Shown piece by piece: positions 47,205 through 63,180 of a DNA stretch of 64,000 bases. The notes under the pieces were generated by a model, which did no database searches, had not been told where the DNA came from, and saw only the letters and a list, made by a program, of their open reading frames with translations. The DNA is from the human T2T-CHM13v2.0 reference genome, Homo sapiens. The translations under genes were made by a program, and so were the position numbers. The stretch is from NCBI RefSeq assembly GCF_009914755.1, contig NC_060930.1. One strand, given 5' to 3'. The first letter of the stretch is position 1. Each line of letters starts with the position of its first letter.

Positions 47205-47638
47205 TGTATTAGTCTGTTCTGTGGTGCCATGAAGGAATACCTGAGACTGGGTAATTTATAAAGAAAAGAGATTTAATTGGCTCATGGTTCTGCAGGAAGC
47301 CAATTGGCTCATTGGCTCTACAGGAAGCAGATGGTGCTGGCATCTGCTCAGCTTCTGGTGAGGCCTCAGGGAGCTTTTACTCATGGTGGAAGGTGAAGCA
47401 GGAGAAGCATGTCACATGGCAAGACAGGAAGCAAGAGAGCTACGGAGGAGGTGCCACACTTTTAAAACAACCAGATCTCACATGAACTCAGAGCAGGAAC
47501 TCATCATAAGGAGGGCACCAGGCCATTCATGAAGGATCCACCCCCATGACCCAAACACCTCCCACCAGGCTTTACCTCCAACACTGGGATCAATTTTCAA
47601 TATGATATTTGGAGACGACAGACATCCAAACCATATCA
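47205..47638 (-). mobile_element. MST (MaLR) solo LTR
   Basis: tgtattagtctgttct...atccaaaccatatca termini; MSTA/B-type 'gctggcatctgctcagcttctggtgaggcctcagg'. Confidence 0.9.
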
Positions 47639-47874
47639 GACGCTGAGAGGAAAGCAGTCCAGGGGTGGGTCAATCGCTCTAGGAGCATTAGGGACCCATT
47701 CTCCCTTTATCTCTGCCACACCATGGTTTGTAGCTCTTTTTCTCAGTATCACCTCATAGTCCAATGAAGTTCTAGAACCTCAGTCCACATATCTGTTCTA
47801 GGAAGGGGGAAAACAGGAGGGCCACTTATTGGAATTCTCACATAACTTTTTAATATTTAATTATAATAAAATAC

Positions 47875-48473
47875 AATAGTCTCCACTTATTTGCAGGTGG
47901 TACATTCCAAGATCCGCAGTGGATGCCTGAAACTGTGGATAGCACCAAACCCTATATATACTATGCATGAATTTATTTTTCCTCTTGACAATTTCACAGA
48001 TAGAAGACTCATTCTCACTGTAGATCTTAACATCAGCGTATGATCTTTTTTCTTATTAAGTCAAGGACTTCCACCTCTTCACTTAAAGAAGGCACTTTAT
48101 GGCTTCTATCCATCATATCCAAATTGCCAGCATCACTACTCTTGCACTTTAGGGCCATTAAATAAAATAAGGATTAGTTGAACACATGCACTGTGGTACC
48201 ATGATGGTCAATCTGATAAGCAGAACAGCTACTAAGTGACTAATGGGCTGGTAGCATCTACAGCTCAGATATGCTTTACAAAGGGATCATTTGCATCCTG
48301 GGTGGGACGAAGCGGGACAGTGAGAGATTTCATCACACTACTGAGAACACTGTGCAATTTAAAACTCATGAATGGTTTATTTCTGGAATTTTCCATCTAA
48401 TATTTTTGAATAGAAGTTGACCATGGATAACTGAAACCATAGAGAGCAAAACTGTGGATAAAGGGGGACTACT
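47875..48473. mobile_element. MER44 (Tigger7-derived) DNA transposon
   Basis: Terminal inverted repeats 'tagtctccacttat...' and '...ataaagggggactact'; internal 'cagtggatgcctgaaactgtggatag'. Confidence 0.85.
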
Positions 48474-48474
48474 T

Positions 48475-49167
48475 TGCATGTAACACAAATTTATCATCCT
48501 CTTTTTCAGATGTACAGTTTAATAATGTAAAGAATATTCACATTGTTCTGCAGCCAATCTCCAGAATTCTTTTTATCTTGCAAAACTAAACCTTATTCCC
48601 ATTAGAAAACAACTACCTATTTTCCCCCTGCCCTCAGCCTCTGGCAACCATCATTCTACTTTCTGTCTCTAGGAATTTGACTATTCTAAATACCTCATAT
48701 AAGTGGAATGATACAGTATTTGCCTTTTTGTTACTGCTTTATTTCATTTAGTGTAATGTCATCAAGTTTTATCCCTGCAGCATGTGTCAGAATTATTTTC
48801 CTTTTTAAGGCTGAACAATTATCCATTGTTTGCATATATCACATTTTGTTCATTATTCATCTATCAATGGACACCTGGGTTGCTTTTACCTTTTGGCTAT
48901 TGTGAACAACATCGCTATGTGCATGGGTGTACAAATATCTCTTTAAGACCATTCTTTCAATTCTTTTGGGTGTATACCCAGAAATGAAATTGCCGGATGA
49001 TACGGTCATTCTACATGAAAGTTTTTTAGGAACCACCATACTGTTTTTTATAGTGGCTGCACCATTTTACATTCCCACCAACAATGCACAAGAATTCCAA
49101 TTTCCCTACATTCTCACCAACACTTGTTATTTTCATATATAGGTATATATGTGTATGTGTATATATC

Positions 49168-49209
<42 letters not shown>

Positions 49210-49370
49210 CATAGATAGATACATAGATACATAGATAGATACATAGATATAGACATCATATCTGTTAGAATAGCATATATATAATATATATGAAAGTAAC
49301 AAGTGTGTGTACAATTCTCTCTCTCTCTCATATATACATATATGCTATTCTAACAGATGTGAGGTCACAT
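48475..49370 (-). mobile_element. L1MB-like 3' end
   Basis: 'ctctggcaaccatcattctactttctgtctct...cctcatataagtggaatgatacagtatttg'. Confidence 0.85.
49168..49247. repeat. (TAGA)10 followed by a TAGA/TACA compound microsatellite
   Basis: Read directly from the sequence. Confidence 0.95.
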
Positions 49371-50714
49371 AACGTTTTTATTTATACATGTCATTGGTAG
49401 ACATCTGGTGGTGATGGTGATGGTAGTGGTGGGGTTTTCCAATAAATGTTCTTGTTGCTTAGGAAAGACATAATGAATATTGGAATTGGCACTTGGAAAC
49501 TGCCTCACTAATGGCAGGCACTAGACAGTACCTAGTTTTTCAGTGTTATTTGTCTCTGCTTCTCCTACATTAACCTTTAATCCCAACAGAATTCACCTCT
49601 GTTACTTGCACACCTAAGCCTATGTGGTATGTGCTGGGGCATGTAAAGTTTAATCAGTCACTGAAGGTCTTGCCTACAAAATTTTTATAGCTGTGTACAG
49701 AAAATGAGACGTGGGCAAAAATAACTATAATATCCAAAGAATGTTGTACATACTATAGTAGGTATAGATAAAGAGCTTTGAGAGTTCAGAGACATAATAG
49801 ATTTAGCTTCTAAAGGGAAGACATAGGTATTTTTAATTTTTTAAATTCTGCACAGCTGTACATTAACTTGATTATTTTACATTTTATAGGCTTTACTACA
49901 GTCTTGGAAGCATCATTGTCCTGGATAATAGCTGTTATTTTGACTGTTGAGTTAGAATAAACTTACTACTCTCATTATTTAGAGAGAAGGAAACTCTGGG
50001 AAGAATGTTATATTGTTGCCAATTTATCTGGGATTTTAAAATTTATTGCAATCTGTAAAAGACATTATATTAAAAATAGGAAAACTGGGCAAGACAGTGG
50101 TCATGGATGTCAGAATCTGCTAAGGAGTATGTAACAAACTGTCTGCTGGAAAGAAAAAAAGAAAGAAAACTGGAGTGCCTAATCATGGTATAACAGATGA
50201 CTCCTCAGAAGCCTGCAACCTTTGGCTTAGGCTTGCCAAATTACTACCTGAATGGGAGGGATGGCTATTTCAACGCCTAATTTTGGCCGTGCTAGCATTT
50301 ATATGTCTCTAATGCTTATGCTATTGTGGTAAGATTGTAGCTACCCAGTTCACGCAAATAACAATTCAACTCATATGATGACATAACATCACACTGAAGA
50401 AGACAAATCAGAAGGTAGCATAACAAATGTGTTTAGCCTCATTCATACCTTACTGATATGTAAGAGACAGACAAGTTGATTTAAAATTTTGTTAAATTAT
50501 CAACAGTCTGATTTTTAAAACATTTTAAAATTATCTTCTTAGTTCCACCTGTCTCTAAATAGATGAAACCACAGGCCTATTTCCTGTGAAATATTGCCCT
50601 AACAGGAAATGATGCTTAATTGATTCTTGCAATGCTAATCCCTACAAATATATAAGCACAATGAGGAACTACTGTATATCCACTAAGAATGAGAATAATT
50701 GAATGGAAAAAAAC

Positions 50715-51731
50715 TCAAAATTTTCTCTTTTTTTCCTCCTGCTTTCACACCATAACAATCAACACAGAAGACTTCTATGACCAAATGTGTGGGAATTTCT
50801 CCCCACCAAGCAAGCAAGCAACCAATCCTGTAGCAAACGTCAGCTGGGTGTCTTCTAATCCAGTTCAATTCTGACACTATCTACCTGGAGTTAGAGTTGG
50901 ATCTCATAGGTTAAAGGCCCAGTCCCATAAGACTGCAACCAGCTTTAGATGCCAAACACCAGTAGTAGATTGTCACCCATACTTCTGACAAACCAATTAT
51001 AAATTAGGGTTCCCTCTACTCACTGCTTGGGTTTGGTTTGCTAGGATGACTCATATAACTCAGGAAAACAGTTTACTTATGCTTACCCATTATATTATAT
51101 TATATTATATTATATTATATTATATTATATTATATTATGTATTATATATCATAAAGCCTATTATGAAGGGTACAGATGAATAGCCAGATGGAAGAAGTAC
51201 ATAGGGAAAGGTATGTGGGAAGAAACATGGATCTTCCAAACCCTCTTCAGGAGCATCACCCTTCAAGAACCTACACATGCGCAGCAACCAGGAGGCTCCA
51301 GGAACCCTGTCCTTTTGAGATTTTATGGAGGATTCATTATGTAAGCATGATTGGTTACATACATCACTGGCTACTGGTGATCGACTCAAACTTCAGTCCC
51401 TCTCCCTCCCCTGAGGTAGGGGGTGGGGCTGAAAGTTCAAACTCTCGAATAGTATGGTTGGTTGCCCTGGCAACCAGCCCTCCTGCTGAGGTTACCTAGG
51501 AGCTCATCAAGGTTCTTCTCATCAGTACAAAAGATGTTCCTATAACTCAAGAGATTTAGGTTCCTATAAATCTCTTCCAAGAGATTTAGAAGATTAGCGT
51601 CAGACACACTCTGGTCATTTAGGAAATTACAAAGGTCTTAGGAGCTCTGTGTCAGGAACCCAGGTCAAAGACCAAATATTAGCTCAGGAAGCAGGGGCAC
51701 AGAACACATATATATTTCTTATTATATCACA
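50715..51731 (-). mobile_element. MER21-type LTR containing an (ATTAT)n tract at ~51089-51146
   Basis: 'cagttcaattctgacactatctacctggag', 'tcccataagactgc', and terminal 'tttcttattatatcaca'. Confidence 0.8.
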
Positions 51732-53590
<1,859 letters not shown>

Positions 53591-55389
53591 AATGTTGACT
53601 ATCATCACTTTACTATCATCACTCTACAATAGGGCATGAGTGAGAGAAATAAATCCAAGATCACCGATGTGGGGAGCATGCTATCTGCTTTCTCTTTCAA
53701 CATACACACACACGTGCGCGCACACCCACACACACACACACACAGCCCTTGTCTTTCCAGATGATCCTTAACTGGAAAGAGAAATATCAGAAAATTTCCT
53801 TGGCTAACATTATACTATACTGATGCAGTCTCAAGTTGATGTGGAAAGGAGAGAATAGAAAACAGGGGCAAGAAAAGATTGGATGACCAGTTGTTTAATG
53901 CTCAATTTTTTGGCCTTCAATTGTTTAAAGCTTAATTTTTATTTTGGCCATCTCCAACAGAATAGTCTTGGGTATGGCTAAAATTGAACAGAAATTATTT
54001 TTAGAGAAAATTAATTTTTAGAAAAAGAAAAGAGGTGAGGAAGACTCCCAATTAGCACAGGCTGTTCTTTCTCTTTCAGAGAGAATCCACTACGAAATAG
54101 CTACCTTGTTAGGCAACTGGTAAAGAGTGTTGCAAAACAAAAATGTGGAAAGTGTCAAGAATCTGCCAGCCCTTTGTTGGACAAGCTATGCTATCACTAT
54201 TTAAAAAAATCAAATTATACTAGTGGAACAATTTGAAGAGTGGGTAACATTAATTGAATGAATTCTTAATCTCTAATACAAGTTGGATGATGATGTAACT
54301 TTTCTTTGAGGACCAGCTACCTTCTTATTTAATCATCTGCTCATTTCGAGCCAGTTAGGAGAAATTAACATTTAAGAATATCTACAACCAAGCAAAAGTC
54401 TCGCCAAAACTCTAGACATCAGAAAAAAGTAAGGTAGTGTCTACTTAGGAGAGCAACTGCCATCCACAATCCGAAAGACCTGAATGAAAATCCCAAATAA
54501 AGAGAGCATTTTGAATGAAACTGGGGGAAATAAAAATAGTGGAAAATGTCTAAAGATTCATCGCTGAAAGATCAACTGAGAGGGTAAGAAGAATGTTTGG
54601 CTTGTTTCTTGCCACAATTTATTGAGAAGCAGACATTTTCTCTGAGAATTGTCTCCAAACACTAAATAAGACAAGTAGGCAAGGGTCAAAGTTTAATGTA
54701 ATTTCTTATAAGGGATTCTTATCTCCGTGGAAATGCTGGCTTCCAGCCTTCAGCACTGGATTATCAAACAATATACACTTTTGATAAGGTACAGCCTGGC
54801 CCATAGCAGTAAAATCTTATAAGCCATATCAAAGATCCTCAACAAGGGCAAACAGACACTCCCGGAAAACGGAAAAAGAAAAAATGTTTATTATTTAATT
54901 CTGGATATATGACAGTTTTGTATTCTCCTAAAAGTGATGTTAAAGGAAGAATTTTAGGAATGTTTGTAATTTTTTTAAGGTAACCACAATCTTAAAAATA
55001 AAAAAAACTCGGGCAAAAAAACAAGTGAGCACTGATTCATTAGAATCTGGGAAAGCAATTCCTTCAGCTACAGAACGGGCCTCATTTGGCTGACTGGATA
55101 AGGGCTCTTAATCCCAGCACTCAGGCAGTGCTCCAGTACTGGTTCGATTTCCGCAAAGTCCTTCTTGCATCCACCTTCTCCGCGTTTCTGGTGAGAGAGC
55201 AAGTAAGCTACGCTCCCCAACAGATTTTAACAGGGTGGGAGGACAATTTGAGAGAAACATCTGTGGTCTTGGAATGTCCAAAAGCTACTTGGCACCAATT
55301 ACAACTGAGTGGAAAATTATGGCCCTGCTGGGCTCCAGATCTTAAGACGGGAAAATGTTGGAAATTCCTCCTGGTCACCATCTACCCTA

Positions 55390-56560
55390 ACGTCCCGCCC
55401 CCGCACTCACGGCTTTGAATATTTAAACAATTTCAATTTCCTCTACTAACAGTTGATTTACCCACAGAATGAATCGAAGGGTACTCAACAAATGGGAGGA
55501 CTCGGGCAGCTTTCCTGGGATATCACACCATATAGACTGAGAATTTCAGAAACGCAAAGTGCGCGTCCCAGCAGGGCGAGAATGGCGTTAACTATGTCAC
55601 CACCGCCCAAATTCCCTATAATTTACCACTTATCGTTCCTGGCTTTATTCTCCGTGCGTGCAGGGACATGTAATTCTCTAGGAGACGGTGGTCCGGACTT
55701 GGTTCCCGACTCCCTCGTGGCTGCAAACAGGGGCAGCTGATTTGGGTGGATGCAGAGGTTGTGGCCAGGGGAAGGGCCGCGGGGCAGCGCGTAGAACTGA
55801 TTGTAAACCCAACTTCCCGCCTCGGAGCGAGCCGCGGCTCGGAGTAGCGTCATTCGAAAGCCACCGGAGATATCGAGAGAGCTCCTTAACTGCTCACTGA
55901 GCAAAGTTCGTTTTACAGCTTTGGGGTTGATATTTGGGAAACTGGGTCCTAAAAGTGGCTTCTGGTCTTCAGAAGGCTTTGTTCTCCGCTTTTGATTTTT
56001 TGACACCACGGGTTTCACACCCCACCCCACCCCCCAGTCTCACACAAACCACTCAAACTCGATTGCGTCTCCATTGCGCTTTGGGGAAAAATAATTTAAG
56101 ATTCTCGCTTCTGAAATACAGCGTGATGGTTAAGAGCATGGGCCGTGGAAACAGACCCGGGGAAAGCCTCAGCTCGGCCACTCTTTGCCGCGTGACCCTG
56201 GGTGGCACCTTCTAAGGGTGATTCTGGGATTCTATGAATTAATGCATGGAAAGCGCTTGCGAGAGCGCTAGCCGGAGTCCGCGCTATTTAGGTGTTTGCC
56301 AATATTATTGTTGTTGTTAAGGTGTGAGGGATCTTGGAAGACAGAAGCCAGGAATAAAGTAAACCTACAGAGACGTCCCTCCCCAAACCCCGGCCGCTAC
56401 CCCTGCAAGACCTTGTGGAGCATGTTAGGTTTCGTGGCGTCGCCAAGTTGTGCGCCTCCACCTCCTGCGCTTCGCCGCAGATAAAGCCCCAGCTTAGAGC
56501 ATGGGGTCGCAACCACCCAGAGCCTTCAGACCAGTGAGCACTTTCCGCACAGGTTTGAAT
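55390..56560. promoter_or_regulatory. CpG island with no associated coding exon in the window
   Basis: Sharp rise in CpG and GC content against AT-rich flanks; GC boxes (cccgccc near 55394). Confidence 0.7.
56118..56310 (+). mobile_element. MIR retaining many CpGs
   Basis: 'acagcgtgatggttaagagcatggg...ctcggccact...gcgtgaccctggg...taatgcatggaaagcgctt' follows the MIR consensus. Confidence 0.75.
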
Positions 56561-56579
56561 CCCATGAACAGTGATTTTT
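56531..56579 (+). pseudogene. Degenerate 3' half of a tRNA (Ser-like): B-box plus T-run
   Basis: ttccgcacaGGTTTGAATCCcatgaacagtg followed by TTTTT resembles the tRNA-Ser 3' half (ccccgcgcaGGTTCGAATCCtgctcacagcg). No recognisable D arm. Confidence 0.4.
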
Positions 56580-58119
56580 CTTCAATTCTCTAGTCTCGTC
56601 TACGTTTTTTGTTTTTTTTTTAAGGTTTTTTTTTTTAAGGAATTTCCGACAAATAGTGTATTAAGCCTCACTCAGCCTTTGCTTTTATCAGCCTAGTGTA
56701 TTTGCTTATCTACTGACACTCTCCCTGACCATTTTATTAATTCCTTCCGTGCAGAGACTACAACATTTGGGATACTTATACAACGAAAAAAAGGTGTTAA
56801 ACATATTATAACTTTTTACTATGGAAATGTAAAATATTAAAAAAAGGGAAAAAATGATATGATGTAGCCTCGTATATCCATCACCCAGCCTCAAAATTAA
56901 CAATATTTTGTCAATATTTTTAACATATATTTCAAACTTTGTCTTTCTGCATTTTAAAGCAAGCATATTATTTTATTCATAAAAACTTCACTATGTAAGA
57001 GTGAGAGCTTTTTTCTTTTGTTTTTATTTTGAGAAATAGCATTTTTAAACATATATTAAAACACTATATCTTACTGCTTATTTGCTGGGAATGTCTCATT
57101 TTTAAAATGGCTTTCTCAGATTTCTTTGTTTTTCCTATTTTGACCAGTGTGTTAATTTTCTTAGAATGGACTTAGAGGATTAGGTGAATTACTTCATAGC
57201 ACAAAGTTGCTAGGGCAGAATTTTGCTTATTGCTTATATGGGCAGCAAGATAATTTTCCTTCTAAGGGCCAGTGTTAAATACTGACCTTATCTCTATTTA
57301 ATTTGAACATAATCAACAATATTGTTCAAGAACAGAGTCACCTAAATATAATGTCTTTGACAGAGTGTGGTATTTGCCTCATCTCTCTGCTCTAATTGAA
57401 TGCCTTGCACTTGTCTCCTAAAAATTTCCTTTCCCTGGATTTCACATAGTGCTCTTTATAATTAACCCAGAATATTCCTTTGGTGAAAACATACTCTCTT
57501 TTCAGAGGTTTGCACCTAGGATCTTTAGCAGTCAAGGCTCACCTGTCACCTTTGCTAAGAAGACATCTACTGATAAATTATTTTTAATCCAGTTGGTGTG
57601 GATACGAATAAATTAGCTGTCAAAAGTTTTGCAAGATTGGAGATATTTTGTTTTTAAGTTTTTTATTCTTTTGACTAACTAAATATGTACAACTTACCCT
57701 TGCAGTATTTAGAAAAATGGACAAAATACAGAATAGTTATTTAAAATGGGAAATAAGCCAAGGAATCACCAAATGATTTCCTGTAAATTAGATTTACTCC
57801 AAGAAATAGAAATTCCAGAATATTAATCATTTGTAGTTAAAATCTTGAATAAGGAGAGTTCCCCACGATGGATATAAATCTCATATTTCCTATAGTCCTT
57901 TGAAATAACAAATTCTTCTCCTGACTCAAAGACGAAGGAAAAAACATTCTATTGCAGACGGCCTGCATAGGTTGGTTTATGACGAGTCTTAACATGTAAA
58001 AGTTAAATTGTCATTTCCACAATACCTACCACTTCCTCAATCTTCCCAGTTTTAATAAACACTACTTCCACTTGCCCCACTACTCAAGCGAGAAGCAGGA
58101 AACTCATTATTGGTCCTTC

Positions 58120-58232
58120 CCTGTCACCAACCGTTTAGGTTTGCCTGGGACTGGGGGGTCTCTCAGAGACATGGAACTTTCTGTGCTGAAACAGAAAAGT
58201 TCCCAGCAAACTAGGATGAATTGTTCACCCTA
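58120..58232. mobile_element. MER81-like hAT element inside an L2 fragment (~58010-58445)
   Basis: 'accaaccgtttaggtttgcctgggactgggggg...tcccagcaaactaggatgaattgttcacccta'. Confidence 0.7.
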
Positions 58233-59250
58233 CTCATCACTCACAGTGTGTGTCCACCATTTTATCTCCAACATATATCTTGGACCCATCCACCTCTCTC
58301 CATTCCTATTGCCACTCTCCTAGTCTGAGCCACCACCACCTCTCGTGACAGCTGCTGCCCTGGCTTCCCAACTGGTCTGCTCACAGCTATTTCTGGCCAC
58401 CTGGTCTCTCCAGAGCAGCTAGAATGATCTTTCAAAGAAATCAAACAGGGCTGGGAGCTGGTAGGAAGAAAGCCCAGGCAGGACCTGGTGAAAAAATAGC
58501 AGTTAGAATCACTATGCCAGAGAACACGATTAAAAGAAGGGTTTCCACTGTCCTGAAGCAGTCTGTGGAATCAGATCCTTTATAGGTAGTGTCTGCCAGC
58601 TTGAACTACAAGATGTTAGGAAAAAACTCCATCTTGTCCTACATAAAATCGTTCCATTGGTAAATCTAATGGTCGTTTCTTAATATTATACTTTATTTCT
58701 CAGCTGTGTTTGACTGTTCACTCTTATGTCTTGAATAATTTAAATTTATCTTTACTTTAAAAACATTAATTACTAAGTAACGTACTCATCATGAAAAAAG
58801 TAAAATCTTGAAAAAACCTTTAATATAGAAAGTTAAAAAGCTTCATATTCTCACTGTTAGAGATACCAGCTATTAACAAGTAATATACATCCTTCTGGAG
58901 GTTTTTTATGTTTGTATCAATCAGAGCCTTCCAGAAGTCCAAAAGGTTCATGCCATCTTCATTTTCAGTGTATAAAAAAAAAAAGAAATGCCAAATAAGA
59001 TTTGAGAATATTGAAGACCTTTAATTTAACTCTTAAAAAATACACAGTAGTTGTATGTATAATACATACACAGATATACATACACATACATAATACTTCT
59101 TTAAAGATAATATGAAAAGTCTATGTTTAGAACCTTCTTAAAATTGAGCCTGAAGCTAAATGGCCCTCACCAACATTAAATATCTAAACTCTCTATCATC
59201 TAAAACAAACAACCGTACTATACATACTGTTCTGCAACTTGCCTTTTTTA

Positions 59251-59569
<319 letters not shown>

Positions 59570-59903
59570 GTGGGAAAATATTTATAAACTACTATGTATA
59601 GAACAGCATTATTCCTATTAATAATCACATACCACTTTAATGTTTTGCTTAATCATAATTTATTTAACTAAGTATTCCACTTTGGTGGACATTGGGTCGT
59701 TTTAATGTTTAACACAGGTGTGAGAATAAAAAAGAGCCTCTCCCAACAAAGCTGAGAACAGAGATAGGACATTTCACAGGGAGGAAAAAAAGCACCAACA
59801 TTCTTCTGGTAGAAAAGAAAAATTTCCCCTCCAAAATTCTGCACCAAATATCAAAAAGCACACAAACTCTAACGAGTGTAAGAATCTTCCTTCCTTCCTT
59901 CCA

Positions 59904-60228
59904 GTTTTTTTTGTTTGTTTTTTTGTTTGTTTGTTTTTGTTTTTGACAGGGTCTCATTCTGTGGCCCAGGCTGGAGTGCAATGGCGGCAATCAGGGCTCA
60001 CTGTATAGCCTTGACGCCCCCAGGGCTCCAGCGATCCTCCGCCTTAACCTCCTGAGTAGCTGGGACCACAGGTGCGGGCCACCACTTCCGGCTGATTTTT
60101 GCAATTTTTGTAGAGATAGGGTTTCTCCATGTTGCCCAGGCTGGTCTCGAAATTCTGAGCTCAAACAATCCACCCGTCTTGGCCTCCCAAAGTGCTGGAA
60201 TTACAAGCGTGAGCCCCCGCACCCAGCC
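59904..60228 (-). mobile_element. AluJ
   Basis: Antisense Alu with a (TTTG)n tail. Confidence 0.9.
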
Positions 60229-61095
60229 TCAGGCTTCTTTTCTTGCTGATCATTTTATAATTGAGGTTGTCAGAGCTGGAAGGGACGTTAGGGGTTACTG
60301 TTCTGCTTCTCAAGTTGGGTTGGATTTAGTGAGTGGGCTTAGTTAAGAGCCACAATTAGGACCAGGCATCCTGACTCCCGCACCAGGGGGTTACCCACCC
60401 CACAGGCCCTTCCCAGTGTCGGTAGCAACTGGACTGAGCCAATCTTGTGCTAAACACAAAAAGACTTTCTTTCTTTCACTGTCCTGACCAAAGCAAGAGG
60501 AGTGCCATCGGGGTGCCTGCGCGCCTCTAATTTTTGTAAAAAAACATGTTCTCACCTGTTGCTGATTTATCATAGACTGATCAACACCAACTCCTAGAGA
60601 AAGTAACAAAAGAGAAAGGAGGGCATCTCCTGGCCCTCGGGCATATTACAGAAGCAAATGAAAAGGAATTACAGTCAGGTTTCTGGTACGTCACAGAAAA
60701 CAGGAATCTAAGGACAAAGTTTAGATCGGGAAGCAAATCAACCCTTTGAATGCAGAATAAAGTGGCAGAAGGACCCGGCGAAGGTCCCAGCGTGTCTCGA
60801 GGGGCATACAGGGCGGCCAGCTGGAGCCGGGTCAACAAAAAAGCAGGTGATTTTTGTCTACCAATGAATGCCGGCACTGGTTCAACCTATTATTAGATAT
60901 TTGCCAAGTAACTTCACTACTCTAAGTGACAGTCGTCATTTTTATGGTGGTTGTGAAATGTGTCTTAATTAAGACACCTGACTCAGACTGTGGTTATGGG
61001 GATTAAACCAGGAAAAAACGATTAGATCATGTTTCTACAAGACTCACTGGGAGCACTACACAGACGAAGAAATTCAAGTTGTTGATTCTTTGTGT

Positions 61096-61177
61096 GACGA
61101 GGTGGCCGAGTGGTTAAGGCGATGGACTGCTAATCCATTGTGCTCTGCACACGTGGGTTCGAATCCCATCCTCGTCG
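61096..61177 (+). tRNA. tRNA-Ser (anticodon GCT), 82 nt
   Basis: Acceptor stem GACGAGG/CCTCGTC with discriminator G; A box TGGCCGAGTGG; anticodon arm ATGGA-CTGCTAA-TCCAT; variable arm GTGC-TCT-GCAC; T arm GTGGG-TTCGAAT-CCCAT. Confidence 0.98.
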
Positions 61178-61192
61178 GCTGCATGGCAAGCC

Positions 61193-61196
61193 TTTT
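61193..61196 (+). terminator. Pol III terminator (T4)
   Basis: ccTTTTg about 15 nt downstream of the tRNA. Confidence 0.7.
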
Positions 61197-62589
61197 GTTC
61201 CAGGAATCACAAATGATATGGTAAGCACTTTATTTGGCAAATTCATTCCGTATTCACCAGCCATTTCAATAATTCCCTCTGATCTTTCCTGCTCTCTGCT
61301 TCTTTAGTAACACTTGTCTTAGCTGTGAATGTAATTTGTTAGTTGATTTATTTGATTCAGGCTTCATTCTCATGCAAATTTTCATTCCTTCACAAGTTTT
61401 GCTTAGCGGGATTCCCCATTGAGGAAACAATTGAAGATTTAATTGAGGGCTATAGAAAAACATTGCCTGAAAAATTTAAAGGTACTTATAAAATCATAAA
61501 GAGTTACATATGCAACATTATGGGTATTGAACCGTATGGGTTACTTAAGGCATTTTCAGCCTAATTGTATATCTCTACTGAAATTTTCATTTATTATCTT
61601 AATGCTAACTTTTAAAGCAGTCACTATTGCCTAAGGATTCCATCTTTGAAAAAGGAAGGAGAGTGAGAGTGTCTCTTAGAGATATAGCAAAACTTACAAA
61701 TACATTCCATAGAACATTTCTAGTTAGTACTAAAGCATTTCCTCCTGAGAAAGGAAAGAAGAATGTCAGTATTATGTAGTTTCCATTTGTAACTTCCATC
61801 TTGGCTGATCTTTTGAGAGAAAAAAAGGAATACACATAATTTTATTCAGTTTATTCAATTATTTTCATTTCGAAAATAAGTACTACATTCACATGATTCA
61901 AAAAATATGAAAAGTTGTATAGCAAAGTTTTGCCACTAATTACCTACTGCCATCAATAGGACACTCTTATTAGCTTTCATGTATCCTTCCAGAAACATAT
62001 ATAAGACTATTATTTATAAGACTTGCATATATAAGACTACTAATCTCTCAAAGATATACTCTTAAGTGAAAAAAGCATGATGCAAGACAATATGTATAGG
62101 TGCTACTTGTAAAAAGAGGTAAACATACCTGTGTCTGAAGATATATACATATATATATAATTTTGAATATAGCATTTTATGTGAGTGTCTATATTTACAA
62201 TATAAATGTCTAGGAGTAGATATACTGTGTCCTGGGTAACATTCATTTGTAAGATACTGTCAAATTTCTTCCATAGAAGTTGTGTTGACTTACCCTCCCA
62301 ACAAAGTGAAAAGGAGGTCAGACCACACCTGCTTATGCAGCCCTTACAAGAGAGATTATTGTTTCAACTAGCGTTGTCCCAGATCATCTAAATGGAAGCT
62401 CAAGTACTCACAGTGAGGAGGAAGTGATTGAGAATCCTGGATTCTCATAAACTCAGTGACCTTGGTTTATTACAGATTTTCTGGGTAACTACTGGCAGTT
62501 TATACACTGGGCTTCATAAATATTCAATATTTAATGGATTTTTAGGGATTAATGGTGTTGAGCTTTGTGTGATTTGAGAGCACGACTCA

Positions 62590-63028
<439 letters not shown>

Positions 63029-63034
63029 CTAATT

Positions 63035-63180
63035 CAGTGGTTCTTAAATGTGTGGTCTCTGGAACAATAACATCATTATCACCTGGGAAAAAACGCTAGG
63101 TCTGGGGTCCAGCAATTTGTGCTTTAAAAAGCTCTCCAGGTGATCCTGGTTTATGCTAAAGTTTGGCACTGCTGCTCTAG
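63035..63180. mobile_element. MER5A-like hAT element
   Basis: 'cagtggttcttaaatgtgtggtc...ctctccaggtgatcctg...gctaaagtttg'. Confidence 0.75.

Noticed and set aside
53770-54900. Possible downstream exon for the SCAN remnant at 45.9 kb ('gagaatccact', KCGKCQ)
   Set aside because: Isolated short motifs with no finger periodicity.
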